From Candidatus Poribacteria bacterium (lineage in GTDB: Bacteria > Poribacteria > WGA-4E > PCPOR2b): a stretch of 64,000 bases of DNA. A program made the position numbers and the translations under genes. The stretch spans positions 1,632,001 to 1,696,000 of the forward strand of contig OZ220744.1 of NCBI GenBank assembly GCA_965116925.1. The letters run 5' to 3'. Below are positions 8,482 to 17,770 of the stretch, piece by piece (position 1 is the first letter of the stretch; each line of letters begins with the position of its first letter). The notes beneath the pieces are model-generated. The model did not search any database and was not told where the DNA came from. It saw nothing but the letters and a program-made list of their open reading frames with translations.

Positions 8482-10938
8482 TTACATCCCGAACCAATAC
8501 CGGCATTTAATGAGGAAGATATTCGACCCGTCATCGGTGAAACTCGATCTCAAACGATGAAACGGGCGAAAGTCGAGATCTGCTTCTTCTACACGATCTA
8601 GTTCAACCTCTCGTGATTGAGACCAAACCAGAAACAGGGTACTTCCGGGTCGAAATTCCCAGCGAAGCACGGTGTTGCCCCGTAGAGATCGTCGATGGAA
8701 GTCGCGGTTTTCGTTTAGTGGATACGGTTTGAACTGATACGACTTCGGTTCGACTAACTCCTTGAAACTTGTATAGTCTCCGATGGTGATGAAGGGTTGC
8801 ACGTAGAACTGAAGGCTCAACGTCGGGGTGAAGCTGATACTTGCACGGGTGGTGAAATCAAGTGTGCGATTTGCCAACTCTCCGTAGACGTAGTGTTTTT
8901 GAGTTTGCCCATTGATCTGCTCCTCAACCATTTCTACCCACTGTGCATCCCTCACTTGGTAGGAATAACTTGGTCCAATACTCACATCAATGTTAGAGGT
9001 GGGGCGAATACGCAGGGAAAGGTCTACATCGTAGTCATACGAACGCCTATCGTCGTTCCAAGCGAAAACGGGATTTAACTCCAATCGAACCATTTTGCGA
9101 CTGTCGGTAGCGAGCCATGTATAAATCCACCAACCTGCGGGATTCTTGATCAGCGTTCCACCGCGCCTAACATCGTGATCGCTAAACGTCTCTAGGTTGC
9201 GTCCTATCCAGAGGTCATAGTCCCAATAGTTCTTGAAGCGTCCACCTGTCCATATCTCGACGTAACCGCTGATATGGGTCCTGTCATAATTCCACGTCTG
9301 CCAACCGTAGAGTCCCAGAATAGCGCGTCGGAAAATGCTGAACGGCTTCTCCTTCCGCACCGTGAGGTCGTAGTTCCATTCAATCTTGTCAGAACGACGA
9401 AGATAACCAAGATCATTTATCTCCAGATCCGGGGAGAGCATTTTAACATTGGTTTCCCCTCTCAACCACCCACCGTGTTTGTCTATTTCAAGGTGTGCGA
9501 GGTAGCCCGACTTACGCGCCTCCTGTTCTCCTGCTTGACTTGCTGCCAACGTGCCGGTCAGCTGAAACCGCTCTTTGGCGAATTTTACATCCCAATCAAC
9601 TCCGCCAACATAGGCGGAGTTGGAATCCTGTCGATTCACAGCGGTCATTATCACCCCAACGACCGAATTCCCTTTCAGCACGTCCTGATTGATTCGACCC
9701 ACAAAGTAGTTGGTTAACGGTTCCACGAGGAACTCTCGTTCTATCTTGTCCCCATTGACCTTTTCTTCAATCTGCGCGTATTCTGGCGAAGTAACCGCCT
9801 CCATAATACCAAAGTGGGTGTTGCCTTGGGTTTTCCCGACAATTTTGGTGGCACCGAGAATTGTAGTTGATTCCGGACGACTCAGTTCGGTGGCACCGTT
9901 GGGAAGTTCAAAGTGTCCCGGTCGCCGCCCGATTCGTCGTGAATAAAGGAAGCTATAGTCCAAGTTTTCAAAGATCCGTGCCCCTTTCACAAAAAAGGGA
10001 CGACGTTCATTAAAATACTCCTCATAAGCCGAGAGATTTAAGGTCGCAGGGTCCGCCTCCACCTGTCCAAAGTCGGGATTAATCGTGGCATCCAGTGAAA
10101 TTCCGGAGCTAATTCCATATTGAACATCGGTTCCCACATTGCCCCATAACTCGGTCTCATCATTGAGGCGTGTGCGCCCCATGACGTAAGGTACTAGCTC
10201 CAGATGACGGGACGGGTGGATATCCTTAATACCAGTAAGATCGCCGAACCGAGACGCCCAGCCGGGTTCATCGCGCTTGACGAAACGCCAGTGGTCCTGT
10301 TCTTTTTTGCGACTGATGTATCGTTCGACCTGTAGTCCCCAGGTGTATTCATTTTTTGGGGAGAAGCGCAATATATGAAACGGGATTTTATATTCTGCTA
10401 TCCAGCCATTTTCGTGGATTTGGGTTTTTACCTCCCACACACCGTCCCATGTGCTGTCCCACCAACCGGTTTCAGGTGCAATACCGTCGGTCACGGAGCC
10501 AGAGGGATAGGCAGTAAACCAGAAAGCACTCTGTCGGTTGTAGTGCGGGTCAAGGCTAACGGTGACTTTATCCGATTCAACATAATTGTCCCGTCTGACC
10601 AATCGGGAGACAATTTTATTGGGATCATCATCGTAGCACATAATCGCAAAATAGACCGCTTCGTCATCGTAGGCAATTTGGAACGTGGTGCGTTCCGTCG
10701 CCGGTTTTCCTTCATCCGGGTCGCGCTGGCGAAAACCTTCGTGGAGAGGTGCGGTTTTCCAAATCTTGTCGTCCAAAATGCCATCCAACTGCGGTGGTAC
10801 ACCGTTGATTCGGATAGCGGTAGCGGTTCTATGATGTGGGTCTGCCTCATCTGCAGCCTGTCCGTCGCCTGGGGATTGAACCGCTAAAAAGATAGTAAGA
10901 AACGCCCAGACGACCCAATAGTTGAAAACAAATTTCAC
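8482..10938 (-). CDS. CBM9-like / DUF5916 domain secreted or outer-membrane protein
   Basis: Signal peptide; LDGILDD..W; INPDFGQVEAD; ERRPFF; LRWEFRPGSTLFLVWSQ. Confidence 0.8.
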   Translation of the reverse strand: MKFVFNYWVVWAFLTIFLAVQSPGDGQAADEADPHHRTATAIRINGVPPQLDGILDDKIWKTAPLHEGFRQRDPDEGKPATERTTFQIAYDDEAVYFAIMCYDDDPNKIVSRLVRRDNYVESDKVTVSLDPHYNRQSAFWFTAYPSGSVTDGIAPETGWWDSTWDGVWEVKTQIHENGWIAEYKIPFHILRFSPKNEYTWGLQVERYISRKKEQDHWRFVKRDEPGWASRFGDLTGIKDIHPSRHLELVPYVMGRTRLNDETELWGNVGTDVQYGISSGISLDATINPDFGQVEADPATLNLSAYEEYFNERRPFFVKGARIFENLDYSFLYSRRIGRRPGHFELPNGATELSRPESTTILGATKIVGKTQGNTHFGIMEAVTSPEYAQIEEKVNGDKIEREFLVEPLTNYFVGRINQDVLKGNSVVGVIMTAVNRQDSNSAYVGGVDWDVKFAKERFQLTGTLAASQAGEQEARKSGYLAHLEIDKHGGWLRGETNVKMLSPDLEINDLGYLRRSDKIEWNYDLTVRKEKPFSIFRRAILGLYGWQTWNYDRTHISGYVEIWTGGRFKNYWDYDLWIGRNLETFSDHDVRRGGTLIKNPAGWWIYTWLATDSRKMVRLELNPVFAWNDDRRSYDYDVDLSLRIRPTSNIDVSIGPSYSYQVRDAQWVEMVEEQINGQTQKHYVYGELANRTLDFTTRASISFTPTLSLQFYVQPFITIGDYTSFKELVEPKSYQFKPYPLNENRDFHRRSLRGNTVLRWEFRPGSTLFLVWSQSREVELDRVEEADLDFRPFHRLRSSFTDDGSNIFLIKCRYWFGM

Positions 10939-11158
10939 AGTTGTTTTTTCTCCTTTACGTAGTTGTTTGCCTATTGAACCCCGTTTGTGGGATAGACTTC
11001 AGATTTTTCTCAATGCAGGCTACTGACAAAATGCTTGAAACAATTTGCAGAGGTATATACAATAGATGTGTGATTCAGATTGGCAAGGAATTAAACTGCA
11101 TTTTTAGCACATTCAATACACATCAGATTAGACCAAACAATCAAGGAGACTCAAACTG

Positions 11159-12988
11159 ATGAGAACAGTCGTTTTTCGTTTTACCCTTTTCATGGTTATT
11201 TGCTTTATCCTTGTATTAATAGATGGAAACACGCTGCTGTGGGCACTTCCTGAGTCGTTTGTACCTACTGCGAAGTATCTTTTTGAGACGATTGAGGTGC
11301 CCGGCGTCCATTTTCTGGAGTTGACTTCAAGCAATGACCTTGGGGATTATGCGGGCAACACTCGTAGCCCCGATGGCGAGAATATGATTGGCTTCACACT
11401 GATTGACGGGGTACTTTCTACCTACGGTGTCCCCGATTCCCTCACCTTTGGTTTCTACGGACTCAACAATGCAGGGCAGACTGTGGGTTTCTATCAGGAT
11501 GCGAACGAGGTTTCTCACGGTGTGATTGTGCAGGACGGTGAATTGACAAAATACGATTTTCCGGGGGCAGCCGAAACGGAGATCTTTGGTGTTAGTGAAT
11601 CAGGGCTACTTATTGGTGATATTTTTGATGCTGCTGGGGCCATTCACGGCTTTGTGGGCGATGAACAGTTTGATGTGCCTGGGGCGGTGACAACCTATGC
11701 CGATGATATGAACGCTGCGGGCAGCCTCGTTGGAAGCTACGTAGATGCCGATGGTGTATATCACGGGTATATACGTCACGCCGACGGTAGTTTTACCACT
11801 TTTGACTATCCGGGTGTGTTGTCAAACCTAGAATACCTTTTCGTGAACGCTATCAGCGATGCCGGCGTCATCGTGTTCAGAGCCAAAGCGTTTGACGATT
11901 TGGAACGGACTTATATCCGTCTCCCGAATGATACGGTGAAGGAGCTGAAATTCCCGGGTAGCGCGACGACGGTGGCGCGAGATATTACTGGGGACGGGCA
12001 GATTGTCGGTTACTACGACACGCTAGATGGACGCAGACACGGATTTATTGCCAAACCCTTTGCTAGTGAAACTGTGGAAGATTTTAGCAACGTTTACTCA
12101 GTTGCTTTCTCCAGAGGCTTGAACATGCTCTCGATTCCCCTAAAGCCAAAGACACCGCTGACCGCCCGTTCCTTAGCAGAGATGATTGGGGCAACAATAG
12201 TGATTACTCTAGATGAGATGAATCAGAAATTTGTGGGTTGGACGCCGGACACGCCAGACGATGGATTTCCGATTGAAGGCGGGAAGGGGTACATCGTCAA
12301 TCTCTTGCGGCACCGAGAGGTTACCTTCGTTGGCGCAGCGTGGGGAAACCAATTGCAAGCTGCAGCGGCACCGAGCGTAACATCGAACGAAGGAACTTGG
12401 GCGTTTGTCCTTAGTGGACACTTGGAGAGTGAGCGGAACCTCAATGGCTATCTGGTCACGGCGCGAAACCTACGCACCAATGCTATCATGACAGGTAATG
12501 TACGAGATGGGTACTTCGCCGTGGCGACCGCCGATCTCTCACGCCGGAGTATCGTGCAGGTTGGCGATTCCTTAGAAGTCGCTGTCACCGATACAACCGG
12601 GGAGATTGCTTCGGAAAAATTCAATTTCATAGTAACGCCCGACACGCTTGCAAATGCGGTTTTGCCAGTAACGCTTGATGGCGTTGGTGCGCCGAAGCAG
12701 ACGCTTCTACTACAGAACTATCCGAACCCGTTCAACCCTGAAACGTGGATACCGTATTACCTTTCGGACGCTGCGTCTGTGACGATATCAATCTATGATG
12801 CGACCGGACAACGAATTCGGAGACTTGCGCTAGGAGTCCAAGCGGCAGGTTTCTATCAAAGTCGGTCCCATGCCGCCTATTGGGACGGGCGGAATGATTT
12901 GGGCGAGCGGGTTTCCAGTGGGGTCTATTTCTACCAATTGTCCACCCCATCGGAGCACCAGATGAAGCGGATGGTTATTGTAAAATAG
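11159..12988 (+). CDS. Secreted repeat (beta-propeller-like) protein with C-terminal FlgD-Ig/T9SS-like domain
   Basis: Repeated (D/E)xPG..T....N..G..VG.Y.D..G..HG units; C-terminal LLQNYPNPFNPETWIPY...WDGRN...SSGVYFY. Confidence 0.75.
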   Translation: MRTVVFRFTLFMVICFILVLIDGNTLLWALPESFVPTAKYLFETIEVPGVHFLELTSSNDLGDYAGNTRSPDGENMIGFTLIDGVLSTYGVPDSLTFGFYGLNNAGQTVGFYQDANEVSHGVIVQDGELTKYDFPGAAETEIFGVSESGLLIGDIFDAAGAIHGFVGDEQFDVPGAVTTYADDMNAAGSLVGSYVDADGVYHGYIRHADGSFTTFDYPGVLSNLEYLFVNAISDAGVIVFRAKAFDDLERTYIRLPNDTVKELKFPGSATTVARDITGDGQIVGYYDTLDGRRHGFIAKPFASETVEDFSNVYSVAFSRGLNMLSIPLKPKTPLTARSLAEMIGATIVITLDEMNQKFVGWTPDTPDDGFPIEGGKGYIVNLLRHREVTFVGAAWGNQLQAAAAPSVTSNEGTWAFVLSGHLESERNLNGYLVTARNLRTNAIMTGNVRDGYFAVATADLSRRSIVQVGDSLEVAVTDTTGEIASEKFNFIVTPDTLANAVLPVTLDGVGAPKQTLLLQNYPNPFNPETWIPYYLSDAASVTISIYDATGQRIRRLALGVQAAGFYQSRSHAAYWDGRNDLGERVSSGVYFYQLSTPSEHQMKRMVIVK

Positions 12989-13107
12989 TATCAAATGAAG
13001 TTCATATCCCCTGCCTAAAGAAACACCGAATCTACCCCCAAAGCCTAGTGGAGCAATAGGAGGCAACTTATGTTGCCACCAAAGGATTAGCTTCTAATTA
13101 AAGATTA

Positions 13108-14238
13108 ATGGAGTCTTCCTTGTCCAAACACAGCCAATGGTCAGCAACAGATCGAAAATTTATGAAACACGCCTTGACGTTAGCATCGAAGGCGCGTGGC
13201 CGCACCAATCCGAATCCGATGGTCGGTGCGGTGATTGTCAGGGAGGGTGAAGTTGTCGGCGAAGGGTATCACCAAAGAGCCGGGGATGCCCACGCAGAGA
13301 TTCATGCGCTGAATCAAGCGGGAGGACTTGCGGAGGGTGCGACAATGTACGTCACGCTAGAACCGTGTTGTCATTGGGGACGGACGCCGCCCTGCACCGA
13401 GGCCGTCATTCGTGCGAAGCTAGCGGACGTTTTTGTTGCGATGAAAGATCCAAACCCACGGGTTGCTGGCAACGGTATACGTCAACTTGAAGAAGCTGGA
13501 ATACCCGTTCAGGTAGGGATCTGTGAGGAGGAAGCAAAGCAGCTTAACGAAGTATTCATCAAATACATCACTACCCAGTGTCCCTTTGTCCTCCTTAAAT
13601 CCGCAATCAGTCTAGATGGAAAGATCGCTACCGCTTCAGGCGAATCCCAGTGGATTACCTCAGAAGCATCGCGGTTAAAGGGGCATCAGGTCCGTGCTCA
13701 GGTGGACGCGATTCTCGTCGGCGTTGGGACCGTGCTGCAAGACAACCCAGCGTTGACTGCGCGTCTCCCAGAGAGGCGAAACGAAGATCCAATTCGCGTG
13801 GTCGTTGATTCGCGTGGTCGCACGCCGCTCGGAGCAAAAGTTTTTAATCCGGACAGCAATGCGGGCACACTAATCGCCGTCACAGAAAATGCACCCCTAG
13901 AACAAATCGAAGCCTTGAAATCCGCCGGTGCCGATCTGCTCATCATTGAAGAGAAAGAAGGACGGGTCTGTTTAAGCGCGTTAATGCGAGAACTTGGACG
14001 AAGAGAAATCACTAGTGTGCTGATCGAAGGTGGTGGAGAAATCAATGCCGCTGCCCTACAAGCGGGAATCGTCGATAAGTTAATGTTCTTTATTGCGCCA
14101 AAACTTATAGGTGGTGAAGATGCCCCCGGTCCCATTGGCGGCGCGGGGATTGCTCGTTTGGCTGAGGCTTTTGAACTCCACGACGCGAAAATCTCCCAAA
14201 TCGGGGCAGATTTTCTGATTGAAGGACATTTGTCGTAG
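13108..14238 (+). CDS. ribD: Bifunctional riboflavin deaminase/reductase
   Basis: PNPMVGAV, HAE, TLEPCCH..RTPPC, SLDGKIA, IEGGG. Confidence 0.96.
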   Translation: MESSLSKHSQWSATDRKFMKHALTLASKARGRTNPNPMVGAVIVREGEVVGEGYHQRAGDAHAEIHALNQAGGLAEGATMYVTLEPCCHWGRTPPCTEAVIRAKLADVFVAMKDPNPRVAGNGIRQLEEAGIPVQVGICEEEAKQLNEVFIKYITTQCPFVLLKSAISLDGKIATASGESQWITSEASRLKGHQVRAQVDAILVGVGTVLQDNPALTARLPERRNEDPIRVVVDSRGRTPLGAKVFNPDSNAGTLIAVTENAPLEQIEALKSAGADLLIIEEKEGRVCLSALMRELGRREITSVLIEGGGEINAAALQAGIVDKLMFFIAPKLIGGEDAPGPIGGAGIARLAEAFELHDAKISQIGADFLIEGHLS

Positions 14239-14262
14239 TGTTTTCCGCAGGGAAATAAGGTG

Positions 14263-14688
14263 ATGAAAAGATACGAATATCTAGAGCATACCGGCGATAT
14301 CGGGATCCGCGCGTATGGGAGCACGCTGGAGGAACTATTCATTAACGCAGCGCAAGGACTACTTGCAGCTACCGCAGATCTCAGCACGGTTGGCACAACG
14401 ACACAAACTGAAATCGAGGTGTCGGCGGAATCCCTTGAAGAACTGATGGTAGCGTGGCTAGATGAGTTAAATTTTCGGCATGAGGTGGAAGAAATTTTCT
14501 TTGGAGGGGTTGAGATTCGAGAGATTGCCACAGCTCCGTACTGGCTGACAGCGGTTGCCTATGGCGATCCGGTGGATTTTACGAAACACGTTGTCTACAC
14601 AGAGATTAAAAGCATTACCTATCATCAATTAATCGTTGAGCAAACCCCGGATGCCCGGTGGATGGCACAGGTAATTTTCGACCTGTAG
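14263..14688 (+). CDS. Archease
   Basis: YEYLEHTGDIG...EIKSITYH...IFDL signature. Confidence 0.9.
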   Translation: MKRYEYLEHTGDIGIRAYGSTLEELFINAAQGLLAATADLSTVGTTTQTEIEVSAESLEELMVAWLDELNFRHEVEEIFFGGVEIREIATAPYWLTAVAYGDPVDFTKHVVYTEIKSITYHQLIVEQTPDARWMAQVIFDL

Positions 14689-14695
14689 CGGTTTA

Positions 14696-16366
14696 TTAAA
14701 CCCGCATAACCACAGGAAGTACCATCGGGCGCCGATCTGTTTTCTTCTTGAAAAATCGTCGTAGAACAATCCGAATCTCTTCCTGTACTGTTTCGGTTTC
14801 GCTCTTACTCCCCGGACTCAGATGGTTGATTGCATGGATAACAATCTCTTTGGCTTCGTTCATCAAATCCTCCGATTCATCCATGTGGACAAACCCTCTC
14901 GAAACCATATCTGGCCCCGCGGTCACTTCACCGCTGTTGCTGTTGAGGACGACAATCGGAATGACCATACCATCTTGAGCAAGTTGCTGACGATCATGCA
15001 CCACGATGTTCTCAACGCCCATATCAATCTTTCCATCCACTAGAACCTGCCCCGCCGGCACCTTGCCCTGGACACCACAGAAATCAGGGGTCAAGGTGAT
15101 TAAATCGCCATCTTCAGCGACGGTAATATTTTCTGAAGAAATTCCAACTCCCTCTGCAAGTTCCGCGTGTTGCACAAGATTGCTGTATTCACCGTGCGCC
15201 GGAATAAAGAATTTAGGACGAACAAGGTTCATCATCAACTTAAGGTCTTCCTGCGCGCCATGCCCCGAAACGTGGATGTTGGCGTTTCTTTCGTGTAGGA
15301 CATGTGCACCACGCCGCAGCAGGTGGTTAATCATGTGCCGGACAGATAGCTCGTTGCCCGGGATGATTCTCGCAGAAATCACAACAGTATCCCCCGGCTC
15401 AATATGCAGAAACGCATGGTCATCCTTTGCAATGAGTGCCATTGCGGATCTCGGCTCACCCTGACTGCCGGTACTGAGCACCACGACCTCATGGGGCGCG
15501 AACCGATCCGCTTCACGCGCATCGATCAGGAGGTTGTGCGGGACATCTAAATATCCCAACTCCGAGGCCGTCCGGATGTTATTAATCATTGAACGTCCAG
15601 AGACCGCTATCAAACGGTGGTGTTCAACGGCAAGATCTATAAACTGCTGGACGCGATGCAGGCTCGACGAAAAGGTGGCAAGGAAAAGCCCACCCGTTGT
15701 TCGTTGAAATACTCCATTCAAGTCGGCATAGATTGATCTTTCGGACGGAGTGAAGCCGGGGCGGTCGGCGTTGGTGCTGTCAGAGATGAGCAGTAGCACC
15801 CCCTTCTCGCCGAGCGCAGCGAGTTTGTGAATCTCAGTCAGGCGATTGTCAACGGGAGTTTGATCGAACTTGAAATCACTGGCGTGGACGATGATTCCGA
15901 CGGGAGTATGAATGGCGACCGCAACAGTGTCAGGAATACTGTGTGCGACATGAATAAACTCTAGGTTGAAACAGCCGAGTTGCAGCGTGTCATCAGGATG
16001 AATGACGTTTAACTGCGCCATCTCCAAGACACCATATTCACGTAGTCTCCCTTTAGCGAAAGCAAGCGTTAATTCAGTGCCATAGATAGGCACGTTAATC
16101 TGCCGGAGAAAGAATGCAAGCCCACCGACATGGTCCTCATGTGCATGAGTAATGATGATACCCTTAATTTTATCTCGGTTCTCGCGCAGATATGTGATGT
16201 CTGGAAAAACCAGATCTACGCCGGGCATATCGGCTTCCGGGAACATTAGCCCGGCATCCACGACGATGATGTCGTCGCCATATTGGTACACCATCATGTT
16301 TAGACCGAACTCCCCTAATCCACCGATAGGAACAATCGACACACCTGCGTCTCGGTTTTCAGACAT
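14696..16366 (-). CDS. rnj: Ribonuclease J
   Basis: GGLGEFGLN, THAHEDHVG, HVSGH, RRPMVLPV. Confidence 0.95.
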   Translation of the reverse strand: MSENRDAGVSIVPIGGLGEFGLNMMVYQYGDDIIVVDAGLMFPEADMPGVDLVFPDITYLRENRDKIKGIIITHAHEDHVGGLAFFLRQINVPIYGTELTLAFAKGRLREYGVLEMAQLNVIHPDDTLQLGCFNLEFIHVAHSIPDTVAVAIHTPVGIIVHASDFKFDQTPVDNRLTEIHKLAALGEKGVLLLISDSTNADRPGFTPSERSIYADLNGVFQRTTGGLFLATFSSSLHRVQQFIDLAVEHHRLIAVSGRSMINNIRTASELGYLDVPHNLLIDAREADRFAPHEVVVLSTGSQGEPRSAMALIAKDDHAFLHIEPGDTVVISARIIPGNELSVRHMINHLLRRGAHVLHERNANIHVSGHGAQEDLKLMMNLVRPKFFIPAHGEYSNLVQHAELAEGVGISSENITVAEDGDLITLTPDFCGVQGKVPAGQVLVDGKIDMGVENIVVHDRQQLAQDGMVIPIVVLNSNSGEVTAGPDMVSRGFVHMDESEDLMNEAKEIVIHAINHLSPGSKSETETVQEEIRIVLRRFFKKKTDRRPMVLPVVMRV

Positions 16367-16489
16367 TATATATATAAATCCTCCAGATCGGTTCTTGAGT
16401 AATTCTGTTTGATAATAGCATATTAACCACGTTCATTATGGATAACTCTGATAATCTCGATAATGTTTACCTTTAGTCAAAAATTGGTA

Positions 16490-17530
16490 TTAGAAAGAGA
16501 CTCTCGTGAATTTTTGTTCTCCTTGGCCAGTAGAGTTGAAGACAAACATCATAGATTCAACGTGCCTTTGTACATCATTTATAACTTCAACGATTTCTTC
16601 ATAACTCTTGAGAGTTACTAATTGTTCTCTATATACCTTGACGTTTGGGATGCCCTTTAGATAGTTCTTATAGTGCCGTCTCATCTCTAAAACACCATGT
16701 CGCGTTCCCTTCCATTTAATGGAGAGTTCTAAATGCTTTTTTAAGATACCCAATCGCTCTTTGATGGAAGGAGGGGCAAGCAGCTGTCCGGTCGAAAAAT
16801 AGTGTTTAATCTCTCTAAAGATCCACGGGTAACCGATAGCGGCTCTTCCAACCATTATCCCATCAACACCATATTCTTGACGCATCTTGCGTGCCTTTTG
16901 TGGAGAATCCACATCCCCATTCCCAAAAACGGGGATTCTCATACGCGGATTGTCTTTAATTTCTCCAATGAGCGTCCAATCAGCACTCCCTTTATACATC
17001 TGTACACGGGTTCGTCCATGAATCGTAATCGCTTGGATGCCGACATCTTGTAATCTTTCTGCAACCTCAACGATGTATTGCGTCTTTTCATCCCAACCAA
17101 GTCGGGTTTTGACGGTAACGGGCAGCGTCGTCGATTTGACTATTTCGCGGGTCATCCTAACCATCTTCGGAACATCGCGCAAGATCCCTGCTCCCGCCCC
17201 TTTGCAAGTAATCTTCTTGACAGGGCAGCCGTAATTGATGTCAATTAAATCTGGATTCACCCGTTCTGCAATCCCCACCGCTGCTTTCATTGACTCAACA
17301 TCGCCTCCAAAAATCTGAATGCCTACCGGTCGTTCAGATTCAAAGATATCCAGTTTCATGACACTTTGCCGAGCGTTTCGGATCAGCCCTTCAGAAGATA
17401 TAAATTCCGTGTACATCAAGTCCACTCCACCCACCTTGCACACTGCACGAAAAGGGGGATCACTCACATCTTCCATTGGGGCTAATAACAGTGGAAAATC
17501 TCCTAACGCTATATCGCCAATTTTCAGCAT
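16490..17530 (-). CDS. dusB: tRNA-dihydrouridine synthase B
   Basis: LAPMEDVSD, DINYGCPVKK, TIHGRT. Start placed at MLKIG rather than the ORF's upstream TTG. Confidence 0.92.
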   Translation of the reverse strand: MLKIGDIALGDFPLLLAPMEDVSDPPFRAVCKVGGVDLMYTEFISSEGLIRNARQSVMKLDIFESERPVGIQIFGGDVESMKAAVGIAERVNPDLIDINYGCPVKKITCKGAGAGILRDVPKMVRMTREIVKSTTLPVTVKTRLGWDEKTQYIVEVAERLQDVGIQAITIHGRTRVQMYKGSADWTLIGEIKDNPRMRIPVFGNGDVDSPQKARKMRQEYGVDGIMVGRAAIGYPWIFREIKHYFSTGQLLAPPSIKERLGILKKHLELSIKWKGTRHGVLEMRRHYKNYLKGIPNVKVYREQLVTLKSYEEIVEVINDVQRHVESMMFVFNSTGQGEQKFTRVSF

Positions 17531-17770
17531 AACCTGAATCATCTCCAATTCATATTGTCCCTGCATGGCGGCATCATGCGGAACTTCAATTTGGTCGCAA
17601 ACGGCTATGAAATTATAAGGACTTATTAGCGGTTTGTCAAATCGGAAATGAAACACACGAAAATTTATGGGCAAAGCGAACGATATGGATGTTAAACTAT
17701 AGTAGATTTAAGATGATAAACTTGAGGTGGCTGCGCGGGGCATTCAGTCGCTCAAGAAAGGAAGTATAGA

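Noticed and set aside
12989..13107. FMN riboswitch upstream of ribD
   Set aside because: No recognisable RFN conserved motifs.
13698..14531. 277-aa antisense ORF and many similar shadow ORFs in the track
   Set aside because: They overlap well-supported genes on the opposite strand or frame and have no motifs.
17698..17715. TATAGTAGATTTAAG, a match to the MITE end
   Set aside because: Only ~12 bp match with no partner end; at most a remnant.
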